The notes under the pieces were generated by a model, which was given only the letters and a program-made list of their open reading frames with translations, searched no databases and was not told the DNA's origin. Below are positions 22,521 through 33,984 of a DNA stretch of 43,095 bases, one piece after another (the stretch's first letter is position 1; each line of letters starts with the position of its first letter). The DNA is from Chiloscyllium plagiosum (Eukaryota), in assembly GCF_004010195.1 (NCBI RefSeq), contig NC_057759.1, forward strand, positions 3,285,472 to 3,328,566, read 5' to 3'. Made by a program: the position numbers and the translations under genes.

Positions 22521-24009
22521 CAGTGCCTGGTTTTTACTGTGAACATCTCCCTGCTTCATAGTCTCATCCAGAAGATTTCATTTCAATTCCCACCTGACAT
22601 GGAGCTATGTCAAAGAACTTAATTCTTTTTGTAATTGATAACTGAATAATATCCACTCGGGCAGGTTTCTACTGACGTTGATGAACTCCAGCTCAGTTAA
22701 AGGGATGACTATTCTGGGTGACAGTGAAATAAATGCACTTTGTGTTAAACACACTGTATAAAACCTATTTCTAATTTCTAAATGCTCATTGAAGTGATCT
22801 CCCTCTGACTGTGTTATGGAAGAATCAATGTTTTGTAAAAAATTACCAGGAGACACAGAAAATCCTTCACGAAATTAAACTTCAATCTTGAAAATCAAAA
22901 CTGTGGGAGCCAGCTAAATGTCTTCCCTGGCTCCCCACAGGCTCTTTGTTCTCCTGCAACTTATACAGTTGTTCTTCCCGCGCTTATCGGGTACATTAGC
23001 ATAACCAGTCATGCTGGCTTGCTTTATCTTTCTAAACTAATCACCATCTGCCACACTGGTTCCCTCCATCACACTTAACCTATCACATTACAACCTCATT
23101 GTCTCATGTACCAGTGATTTGGCTAACCTATCACAATGCACTATCATTATCTGTTACTGGAGCCCTATAATATGATACCAGGCATGCATTACAACACTAA
23201 AATAACTACATAACTGCCAGAGTAACTTCCTTAACTGAAGGAGGAGTTGAAATTTTCTGTTGATCACATCCAGCATCCAATTTGATTCATTGTAGTCTTT
23301 CTCAATTGACCGTGTCAAAATTCTAGCTTGGTTACAGGTGTTAATAAAAAGGATAAAATTATATTAAATTATATTAAATTTGTGCTAACACTTTCTAACG
23401 TCCTTCGCACTTGCTTTTGAAATGTTTCCCTTTCTCTCTCCTCCATCTTGTAAGGAGCTCATGCAACTGCTTTGTCATTCAGATTGAGATAATCTGAGCA
23501 GCTGTCTCTTTCATGTCCCTCCTTTCCCTGAAACTGTCTCTGAAGTTCCACTTTGTCAGAATCCTGAATACTCAACTTCCTCCAGCCCCCCTCCTACCTT
23601 GGGAGCTCCTCATGTCCACGAGAACCAACTTCTCGTCTCTTGACCATTTTCCCACTCAACCTCCTCCCATCCACTGATACTGGTAACAGTTCTTGCTCTC
23701 GTCTCGTAAGGTCCCGGTCACTTTAACTCCACCATTATCATCCATCCAGTGAAAACCAATGTGGCCTCATTTCCAAACTCCCTTTTCTTTCCAAAAACCT
23801 AGAACTTGGTCACCTCCAAGGGCGGAGCCTATCCCTGGCACCTGCTGTTCTCAATCACATGACACCATGAGGTGAGCTCATCCAAAGGCATGGCATTAGT
23901 TTTCACACATCTGCTGGCATTACCCAATTCTACCTCATCAGACAACCCAATGTCTCCATTATTCCACTGTTGCTAAATTATCAGACAGTGTATTGTACAG
24001 CACTGGATG

Positions 24010-24328
24010 TTTTATTGACTTATTGAGTCACAGGATGTGGGCATCACTCGCTCATCCAGGGCAGTTAAGAGCCAACCACATTGCTGTGGATTGAGAATCA
24101 CGTACAGCAGACTGGGTATGGACAGGATTTCCTTCCTTTAAAGGACTTCAGTGTACCAGGTAGGATATTCCAACAATCAACCAGGTCATCATTAGTCTTT
24201 TAATTCCAGATTTCCATTGAATTCAAATTCCATCATCTGTCACAGTGGATATCCAAACCAGATCCCCCAAACATTACCTCGACCCCTAGTTTAATAGTCT
24301 GCCGATAATCCACTAAGCTACTGCCTCC
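24010..24328 (-). mobile_element. Shark SINE with tRNA-like head (family of 690-908)
   Basis: Minus head GGAGGCAGTAGCTTAGTGG..GAATTTGAATTCAAT; body similar to 9515-9745. Confidence 0.65.
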
Positions 24329-24910
24329 ATGAGCAGAAATTTGCTCCAGTTAAAAATTGCAAAAGTCCCTCTTGATCACTGTAATATAACAGCCCTTGCC
24401 CTGTTCACCTTGCCCTGTTTAAAAATAAAGAATTATCATGATCATGACCTGAATGTTGCATTGGTCAGTTGATGTCTTTCTATTCAGCTGATGGTGATTT
24501 ACAGGCGATATCGCTCTTGTCTTCCTCCAGGCAAATGCCTGATGGACCAAGATAATGTCAGACTTCCTCAGTACAAAAACAAAGTGTGACCAACTCCTTC
24601 TAACAGACAGCAGCTATGTTACTGTTGTCAGATTGGATTGCGTCAGACTCACATTGATCTCAGTTTCCAGAAGTCCAAGAGTCAAACACAACTGATGAAA
24701 CATTTTTTACAATTTCTCCCTACACTCAATGCTTAACAGCTCAGTTTCAATAAATGCCATTATGCATAGTCAGTTATCATTTGCAACATCAGAAGAGGGA
24801 GAGACTGTATCCTCATCTGAAACATACATTCAGGAACTGCATTAGTTCCACATGTAGTAAAGGCAATTTTAAAGTTACAATCAACGTGAACAAACAGATC
24901 ATGCTCTTAC

Positions 24911-26135
24911 ATTGATACAGCAAGGATTTATGTAGCAAGTATTGAGTGCAGATATAGAACGAAACTTTGGCATTCTGAGTAACTGAGAAGGACAAAATTA
25001 ATCTTTTGATAAATAGAAATCCTATGCAAAGACACAATAATTAAACTGTTTAAATTCCAAATAAATCTCTGAGCCAAAGCCTGACGTTGAGAGAATGCTT
25101 ACTGCATGTGCATACACTTGCACAAAACCCCCATCATCTCCACCCCCACCCTCATGTGTACTTGCATGCGTATGCACGCACACACCATTCTCTCACAGTT
25201 ACTTACTGATTTACAATAGTTGCAAATTTGTACACCATCCTGAAATACACATTACAGCATTTAACAATAATGAAGATCCATATACACAGCAACTATCAGA
25301 AAACATTACATCAAATTGATTTCTACTCTGATATCAAATCCGAGATCTACAGCAGAGAATAAGTCTCTTCAAATTTTTAAGTTTGCACTGATCAAAAACA
25401 GTCCATAAAACAACATAACAGTTGACTGAACCCTTTTAACTAGCATTCCATTTCCATGCAAATATCAAGGCAGCAGAGAAGCTATCATACCCATCTGTAT
25501 CAGAAGATCTTTCTCTAATTCATCATTTTGTAGGTATTTTATTTTTCTGTCTAGCAAGAAAGTATTTTTCTATTATTCCATTTGTATTTCAAAATTTGTT
25601 CTGATTTTCTATGAAAAGCCCTGCATTCCTCTTGACCCTTCCCTCGGTATGTTAGAAAAAAGCAAGGAATCAGTATATAGTTTTATCAAGGAGTCCATGG
25701 AATTGGATCGTTACTATTTAAAGCAGTGCAGAAAGAAAGAAAAATCCAAAATTGGTAGGTTTGTCAAGCTGCTCAATTGACAGTTCAAATATTCTTCACT
25801 GAATGGTGGAAAAGAAAAGTCCTTTTGCTTTCCTACTCCCTACCGTTGAGCAACACAACAGTACTGCACTAGATCCTGTCCAGATTGGTATATAAAATAG
25901 AATTGGTCAATTCTCTTTCCTGTACAAGGAACACTGTGGTCAGTCAGCTGCAATGCAGTTGAGTGTTCACTTATTTGCAAATGGGTTCGGTTAATATTGA
26001 TCATTAATTCATTGGTAAAATATGTCACTATGTAAAAATTGATAGCATCCTTAAAACCAAACCTTGATATCACTATTCCCAGTTACACTCGCATTATAGG
26101 AGTTACAAAGGTCCATTGCTTTTCTCCCCTTGATT
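24911..26135 (-). pseudogene. Five decayed exons (A-E) of an unidentified protein-coding gene
   Basis: A 26063-26135 and B 25844-25919 (both frameshifted relative to copy 1); C 25491-25646 (acceptor AG changed to AC); D 25310-25387; E 24911-25021. C, D and E are 156, 78 and 111 nt, all phase 2 to 2. Stops in C and D are all TGA. Confidence 0.6.
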
Positions 26136-27384
26136 CTGAAGAAAAGCACAGTTTCTTTTCTGCTGCAATGTGTTGCATGTTCACTTGTCCATGAATCCTA
26201 CAGGCACTAAAATTAAAGAACATTGGTTGTGAACATTATCGAATGACATGTGCAGTGCCAGAGATTAACAGATATACAAACACATCCACTTTCACTGACA
26301 GGAGCTGACTCCAGTGGCAATGGATAATACCTCATTCATGTCAAGTAGCAGAAGTTTGAACAATGAATTATACTTGCAGTTACTAAAAGTGGCATGTTTC
26401 CATTTAGGTGGCACTGAAGCACTGTGAAACACAATAACCAAGAATAAGAAGCACATTGATATCTAGTGTCAGAGAGTGAATGAATCCCATTCCCATACTG
26501 AGCCTGGTGCTGATGAACGCACACTTTCCCCACACTCTCATTCTGGTTGAAGGCCTGAGTAATGCAGAAGCATTTCTGTATTTTTTTAATGTATGAAACA
26601 CTGATTTATAAGGCGTTAAATTCACCTCATAATGTGTATCAGATCATGACATGCAAAATTGGAAACACAAGAAGACATACAGAATATGTCAGTGTGACAT
26701 AGATCAGTGCCACTCCTTTCAAGTGATACAGATTGGCAGCACAACAGAAAACTCATTCTTTAATGGTGACAGGAAATAAAATGAAACTTAGGCCCAGGTA
26801 TTTCCAAATATGGACAATTTTAAATTGAGTCACCAAACCATTAATCGCTTCAGTTAGTGTTAGATGTTACATCTTACAGTGTCCAGCAGCAACTGATAAA
26901 GACTACTGTGTACATAAAATGTTAAAAAACAGTCTGAATGCAATAAAATTCAGATTCATGGCAAAGATAACTATTGAACTAACATTCATCCCTCAATCAC
27001 AAATGGTTAGTGAATATTGATCGAGTTTATCCTACACTCAGACCAAACAAATACAACTGAACATGGAAAGAGAATGAGATCCACATACTCTTACCTGACA
27101 CTGTTGCCCACAGAACAAATCTGGCTCTATAGTTATTCAAAGACAGAGAACTGCAGAAATAATCTCAAATTAGCTTTATATAAAGATACTAGCGGTGAGT
27201 GGATAAAGTTCAGAATCCCAACAGTTAGTGGAAACTAGTATGGAGAACAGGTGAAGAATAGAATGTCCCAATGTGGACTGTACCAATTCTGTGACTCTCA
27301 TAAATCACAAAATCAGAAGACATTCAGGCCTAATCACCACATCCGAAAATCTACTATCACAGAATCAATCACAGTCACAGAGAA

Positions 27385-27625
27385 CTCTTTTTCCAAATTT
27401 TATGCACGGGATGACGGCATCACTGGCTAGGCCAGCATTTATTGCCCATCCCTAACTGCTCAGGGGGTAGTTATGTGTCAGCCACATTGCTGTGGGTCTG
27501 GAGACACATGTAGGCCAGACCAGGTAAGGATGGCAGTTTCCTTCCTTAAAGGACATTAGTGAACCAGATAGGGTTTTCAGACAAACAACAATACATTCGT
27601 TGTCATTATTCAACTCTTAGAATAT
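27385..27625 (-). mobile_element. Shark SINE (shared by all three block copies)
   Basis: Same sequence and position as 9515-9745. Confidence 0.7.
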
Positions 27626-27914
27626 TATTGGCTGCCAGCGAATTACGCAACTTTGATACAGAAGAGTTGAATGTGACTGGTATTGATTGAGCAGTCACAC
27701 AGCAGAAACTGACCAGGTTAGATCAATTCCTGAAGTCTCATGTGGACACAACAGAAACTGACAGGTGTAGATTGATAGCTGCTCTCGCATATTCACTCTG
27801 CAGAAGCTGAATGTAGATTGATAGCTGCTCTCGCATATTCACTCTGCAGAAGCTGAAAGGGAGAGCATGATATGTAAACACACACCCCAAATCCCAAATT
27901 GTGTGCACGCACAC

Positions 27915-28592
27915 ACAATTTTCCTAGCTGCTATGTGGTCCTCTCTATTCTGAGGAAACGGAGTGTAGATTGGGTGTCCGCTTTGCCGAAAACTTACATT
28001 CTGTCCAGAAAAAAGTACCTGAGCTTCCAGTTGCCTGCCACTTCAACACACCACCCTGTTCCCTGGCCAACATCTCTGTCTCAGGCTTGCTGCAGTGCTC
28101 CAGTGAAGCTCAGTGCAAGCTGGAAGAACAGCAAGTCATTTTGTGCTTGGCAACTTGACAGCCTTCCGGACTCAATATTTAGTTATACAACTTTAGGGCT
28201 ACAGCTCTCCCGTGTCTTTACCTGAAAGCTCACACACCAGCCCTTGTTATCACTTAGTATGCTATTATACACTAACAGTCATTGACAATCTCTATTAACA
28301 GCTATTCATCCTCCTCATCTGACCGTGATCCACTCATTTGTCTGTACAACTGTTGTTCCCTCTCTTTGGATTCTATCTCCATATGTCATTTACTCCTTAC
28401 CCTTCAACACACACTATCTTCTGCAGATAAACAAATAATTTCCTGGCTACCATCAGTTCTCAGGAAGGGTTATTGGACTGGAAATTTTAACTTTGATCAA
28501 ACTTCACAGACTCTGTCAGACCTGCTGAGCTTTTCCAGCAATTTATTTTTGTATTTGACTTGCAGCATTTGCAGTTCTTTTGATTTTTATTT
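27915..28592 (+). mobile_element. Old PLE GIY-YIG fragment (paralog of 10355-10995)
   Basis: LGVRFAENLHSVQKKVPELPVACHFNTPPCSLANISVSGLLQC..KLEEQQVI. Confidence 0.8.
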
Positions 28593-28874
28593 TGAAATTA
28601 ATAACTATATTTTCATATTTAGAGAGCAGAAACTACCAGGGATAATTGATAACCACATTCACATGCTCACAAAATAAATTCTGTCATGCAAACATTGATA
28701 AATACACTCAGATTTACACTCAGATTTACTGGGAAGGAGTCTTAAATAAACTTAACTAAACCGTCACAAAGCAAAAACTGACAGGGACTGTTAGGAACTA
28801 AATTCTCACTTTCACATAGCAGAAACTGGCAGGTTTTGATTGACAATTACCTAAACATATTCACCAAGCAGATT

Positions 28875-29835
28875 TCCTCAGGAGGCTAAGGAAATTCAGA
28901 ATGTCCATAAAGACACTTCCAACTTTTTATAGATGCACCACAGAAAGCATCATATCTGGATGTGTCACAGCATGGTATGGCTATTGTGCTGCCCAAGACT
29001 CCAAGGAACTACAGAGAGTTTGGAATGGCGGGACTATCTTATGCTGAAAGATTGGAGAGATTGGGCTTGTATACCTTTGAGTTTAGAAGACTGAGAGGGG
29101 ATCTGATTGAGATATATAAGATTATTAAAGGATTGGACACTCTGGAGGCAGGAAACATGTTTCCGCTGATGGGTGAGACCTGAACCAGAGGACACAGCTT
29201 AAAAATAAGGGGTAGGTCATTTAGGACAGAGATGAGGAGAAACTTCTTCACCCAGTGAGTGGTGGGTGTGTGGAATGCTCTGCCCCAGAGGGCAGTGGAG
29301 GCCCAGTCTCTGGATTTGTTTAAGAAAGAGTTTGATAGAACTCTCAAAGATAGTGGAATCAAGGGTTATGGAGATAAGGCAGGAACAGGATACTGATTGA
29401 GGATGATCAGCCATGATCATAATGAATGGTGGTGCAGGCTCGAAGGGCAGAATGGCCTACTCCTGCACCTATTGTCTATTGACCACATTTACACCTTCCC
29501 CCGTCTTGGGAAAGCAACCGACATAATCAAAAAATCCATCTGACCCCTGTTATATTCTCCTCCACTCTCTTCTGTCAGGGAGAAGTTTGAATACACCATC
29601 CAACAGGTTCATGAACAGCTTCCCCGCTGTCATCAGACTTTTGAATGGACCACTCAAATTTTAATGTTAATCTCTCTCTCTCTCTGCACCTTCTCTGAAG
29701 CATTAACACTGTATTCCAAATTCTGTTATATTACCCGAATGCACTTTGTATGATATGATCTGCCTGTAAAGCGCACAGAACAATACTTTTCATTACAACT
29801 CGTGCATGTGACAATAACAAATCAGATCAAGTCAA
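28875..29835 (+). mobile_element. Rex1/Babar fragment (paralog of 11445-11978), split by a CR1
   Basis: TTCCTCAGGAGGCTAAGGAAATTC start and GTGACAATAACAAATCAGATCAA tail as in copy 1. Confidence 0.8.
29021..29482 (+). mobile_element. Young CR1 3' end, specific to copy 2
   Basis: GMAGLSYAERLERLGLYTFEFRRLRGDLIEIYKIIKG; tail GGCCTACTCCTGCACCTATTGTCTATTG; absent near 11580 in copy 1. Confidence 0.9.
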
Positions 29836-30194
29836 ATAGATAACTACAGCCTCATTCATCTAGCAGAATCTGAGAGTTACATGTTGATAACCACAGTCAT
29901 ACAAACTGACAGGAAAAGATGGATAAATACACTCAAACACTGACATTACAGAGCCTGACAGGGAAAGATTGACAACTGAACTCTCACATTCACAAGACTG
30001 AAACTGATAGTGACAGATGAGAACTTAGCTCACACATTCACATTGCAGGAATAGATTGACAATTACACAAAACTATTCGGTGAGCAGAAACTGACAGCTA
30101 CAGATTGGTAACTATATTTATGTATTCACACAGCGGGGTCTGAAAGGTATAGATTGACAACTACATTCTTTCTTTGACAAGGAAGAAACTGACA

Positions 30195-30506
30195 GATTAG
30201 ATTAGATTAGATGAGATGACTTTACAGTGTGGAAACAGGCCCTTCGGCCCAACAAGTCCACACCGACCCGCCGAAGCGCAAACCACCCATACCCCTACAT
30301 TTACCCCTTACCTAACATTACGGACAATTTAACATGGTCAATTCACCTAACCTGCACATCTTTGGACTGTGGGAGGAAACCGGAGCTCCCGGAGGAAACC
30401 CACGCAGACACGGGGAGAATGTGCAAACTCCACACAGTCAGTCGCCTGAGGCGGGAATTGAACCCGGGTCTCTGGCGCCTGAGGCGGGAATTGAACCCGG
30501 GTCTCT
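30195..30506 (-). mobile_element. HE1-type V-SINE, head truncated, with a 33-bp internal tandem duplication
   Basis: GATTA-repeat tail; CGCCTGAGGCGGGAATTGAACCCGGGTCTCT twice; absent near 12335 in copy 1. Confidence 0.9.
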
Positions 30507-30708
30507 ATTCTCAGGTAGAGAATAATAACTGTACTCCCACATTCACATCGCTGAAATTGACGGATACAGTTTGATTAATACACCCATATTCACAGAGCAG
30601 AATCTGATGTGTACTGATCATTAACTGTATTTGCATACTGACAGGGTCGGATTTGTATCTGCACTCTCATATTAACATATTAGTATTACGACATGGTGGT
30701 AAATCCCT

Positions 30709-32638
30709 CTGCTAATTAAACCAAATACACGGAAAAGCTCACCTCGCCTAATAATCTATTAAAATATTAGTGACAGAGGACTACCCAAATTCCACTATTT
30801 AACACTGAAAGTGAACATTAACAACAATTATTTGCAACTCTAAGCCTCCTTTCGCTTGAAGATTTGTTATCTACCTCCCAATCTTTAACAATGTGCTGAT
30901 CCAATAAAGTCCCTATTAAATTTACAGTAACTTAATTTTCAAAACCAGCCAGTGGCTGTCATTCCCAGTGTCGATCTTCCTCTATTTGTAGATCTCCCTG
31001 GGTCATCTTCAGTCTTCGGCTGCAAAGATTACTTGGTATGTCAGGAACTAGAGGTCACAATTTCAAGATTGTCAGCAAGAGAGCGAGGAGTGAGATGAGG
31101 AGAAATATCTTTACTCAGAGTTGTTAGGATTTGGATTGTGCAGCCTGAGATCGTGGTGGAGGTATGTTTCCATATGAGGTATGAAATGAGAGCTGGATAT
31201 GTATTAGAAGTGATTAAATTAGGGGCAAAGAAGATAGGGATGGAAAACAATCCTGCCTTGAATTATTTCCAGCTCATCACAATTTAAACAAAACATGGAC
31301 AGTACATTCAATTCATTGGCTCATCTGCCTGGACTCATTCGCCAGGAGATGAAATGGATATCCAAGTTAAGAATGATCAGCATAGATCAGCATAAAATCT
31401 CAAATCTCGGCCACCAACAGTTAGATTGTGCAACAGTGGAAATAGACTGACACACTGAGGGTTGTGGAAGAGACAATTATGCAGATGGTTTCTCAAGACA
31501 AGTCCATCTTTGGAACTGATATCTTGCTGACTGAATTGAGACAAAGCCTAGCTTAGTCGCAGTAACATGCCTTCTCTTCCTTGTCCTCCTCATTTGCTGC
31601 AATGTAGGATTGCTATTGATCGATTTGTGAAGCTTCACAGGCTTTCTTTTACACTGTTCTCACGATATCAGTGCTGCTAATTAAACCAAATACACGGAAA
31701 AGCTCACCTCGCCTAATAATCTATTAAAATATTAGTGACAGAGGACTACCCAAATTCCACTATTTAACACTGAAAGTGAACATTAACAACAATTATTTGC
31801 AACTCTAAGCCTCCTTTCGCTTGAAGATTTGTTATCTACCTCCCACTCTTTAACAATGTGCTGATCCAATAAAGTCCCTATTAAATTTACAGTAACTTAA
31901 TTTTCAAAACCAGCCAGTGGCTGTCATTCCCAGTGTCGATCTTCCTCTATTTGTAGATCTCCCTGGGTCATCTTCAGTCTTCGGCTGCAAAGATTACTTG
32001 GTATGTCAGGAACTAGAGGTCACAATTTCAAGATTGTCAGCAAGAGAGCGAGGAGTGAGATGAGGAGAAATATCTTTACTCAGAGTTGTTAGGATTTGGA
32101 TTGTGCAGCCTGAGATCGTGGTGGAGGTATGTTTCCATATGAGGTATGAAATGAGAGCTGGATATGTACTAGAAGTGATTAAATTAGGGGCAAAGAAGAT
32201 AGGGATGGAAAACAATCCTGCCTTGAATTATTTCCAGCTCACCACAATTTAAACAAAACATGGACAGTACATTCAATTCATTGGCTCATCTGCCTGGACT
32301 CATTTGCCAGGAGATGAAATGGATATCCAAGTTAGGAATGATCAGCATAAAATCTCAAATCTCGGCCACCAACAGTTAGATTGTGCAACAGTGGAAATAG
32401 ACTGACACACTGAGTGTTGTGGAAGAGACAATTATGCAGATGGTTTCTCAAGACAAGTCCATCTTTGGAACTGATATCTTGCTGACTGAATTGAGACAAA
32501 GCCTAGCTTAGTCGCAGTAACATGACATTGCTATGCCTTCTCTTCCTTGTCCTCCTCATTTGCTGCAAGGTAGGATTGCTATTGATCGATTTGTGAAGCT
32601 TCACAGGCTTTCTTTTACGCTATCTCACGATATCCGTG
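30709..32638. repeat. Recent tandem duplication, two 965-bp units
   Basis: CTGCTAATTAAACCAAATACAC starts at 30709 and 31674; units nearly identical, with a few substitutions and two small indels. Confidence 0.95.
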
Positions 32639-32756
32639 GAAGGTTGACATAAACGCTTCCCTCTTCATCTTGACCTGGTTCCTCATCCCCTCCTGTATCT
32701 GTGTGCCTCAGAGTGGTATATGTGATGCAGGGTAGTTGCTGCTCTGTTTGGTCAGC
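32625..32756 (-). CDS. Terminal coding exon of a putative ITIM-bearing receptor (cytoplasmic tail)
   Basis: Long polypyrimidine acceptor TTCTTTCTACTATGTTTCTGTGTTGTCCTGTTTTCAG; 132 nt in phase 0: ADQTEQQLPCITYTTLRHTDTGGDEEPGQDEEGSVYVNLPRIS*; ITYTTL and SVYVNL fit (I/V/L/S)xYxx(L/V). Confidence 0.65.
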   Translation of the reverse strand, partial: ADQTEQQLPCITYTTLRHTDTGGDEEPGQDEEGSVYVNLPRIS

Positions 32757-32811
32757 CTGAAAACAGGACAACACAGAAACATAGTAGAAAGAAGCAGGAC
32801 CAAAAGTAGTG

Positions 32812-33654
32812 TCATTGTGGACAGAGAAGGAGGTTATCTAAGAGTACAATGGAAACTTGATCCAGATGAAGTTTAATTTAGATAAATGTGACGTGTTGTA
32901 TTTTGGTAAGGCAAACCAGGGCAGGACTTATACTGTTAATTGTACAAGTCTGGGGAGTGTTTCTAACAAACAGACCTAGGGGTGCAGGAAGACAGTTCCT
33001 TGAATGTGGTGTCACAGCTAGACACTGTGGTGAAGGTAGCATTTACCATGCTTCCCTTCACTGATCAGAGCACTGGCGGCAGGAGTTGGAGCATCATGTT
33101 ACAGCTGTACAGGATGTTGGTGAGGTCACTTTTAGAACACTATCTACAGTGCTGGTCAACCTGCTGTGGAAAGGATGTTCTCAATTTGGAAAGGGTACAG
33201 AAAAGATTTACAAAGATGTTACCATGACTGTAGATTTGAGTTACAAGAAGAAGCTGCTTAATCTGGGAGCTTTTCTCCCAGTTTTTCAGAGACTGCGGGG
33301 TGACATGAGAGTTTATAAAATCACAAGGGGCATAGATAAGGTAAACAGCTATGGTCTTTTCCCCAGGGTAGGGGTGTCCAAAACTAGTGGGCATAGGTTT
33401 AAGGTGAGAGGGAAAAGATTAAAAAGGGATCTGAGAGGCAAACTTATCACACAGAGGGCAGAGTATATGGAATGAACTGCCAGAAAAAGTGGTAGAGGCA
33501 GGTACAATTACAACATTTCAAAGACATTTGGAAAGGTACATGGATAAGAAAGATTTAGAGCGATATGGGCCAAATGGGACTAGTTGAGTTTGGGAAACCT
33601 GTTAAGCTTGGGCGAGTTGGGCCGAAGGGCCTGTTTCCATGCTGTATAACTCTA
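32812..33654 (+). mobile_element. CR1 LINE 3' part
   Basis: LQLYRMLVRSLLEHY..LERVQKRFTKMLP, RLRGD..YKITRGID..TSGHRFKV; tail GGGCCGAAGGGCCTGTTTCCATGCTGTATAACTCTA. Confidence 0.9.
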
Positions 33655-33984
33655 AATTTGGATGAGAATAACAAACTTTGCCTGAAAGACAGAATGTACA
33701 GGAGGAGCTGTGAATATCTGGGGTTATTATCAAGACCAATTTCTCTTGGCAAACCATGTGATTTCAACAAGCCGAAAACTGACCCTGACAAACGTTATTT
33801 CTCTGCACTCTGAAGAGGATGCGGCCATCTCTGCCAAAGTGGGAAGTGGATGCAATTCCGAAATGTCCTTGAACCAATCGACTTGCTCAGCCAGAAGGAG
33901 GTGAGGAATTTGGAAAGGATTAGGAGTCATGTGCAGAGCAGACTGGATGAGGAGGACAGATTTCATTTCCTGAAGGACCATCAT

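Larger units (their letters stand above)
24400..30680. repeat. Segmental duplication copy 2 (most complete)
   Basis: 25661 onward matches copy 1 directly; 24400-25115 and 26495-27900 match copy 3 as reverse complement. Confidence 0.9.
27655..30680 (+). repeat. Degenerate ~47-bp satellite, copy 2, interrupted by TEs
   Basis: Repeated GCAGAAACTGACAG..GATTGA(T/C)AA units collinear with 9770-12800. Confidence 0.8.

Noticed and set aside
33655..33900. Plus-strand 82-codon frame with one TGA ending at a GTGAGG donor
   Set aside because: No recognisable domain or acceptor; such a frame can arise by chance, and it conflicts with the minus-strand exon candidates. Not fully excluded.
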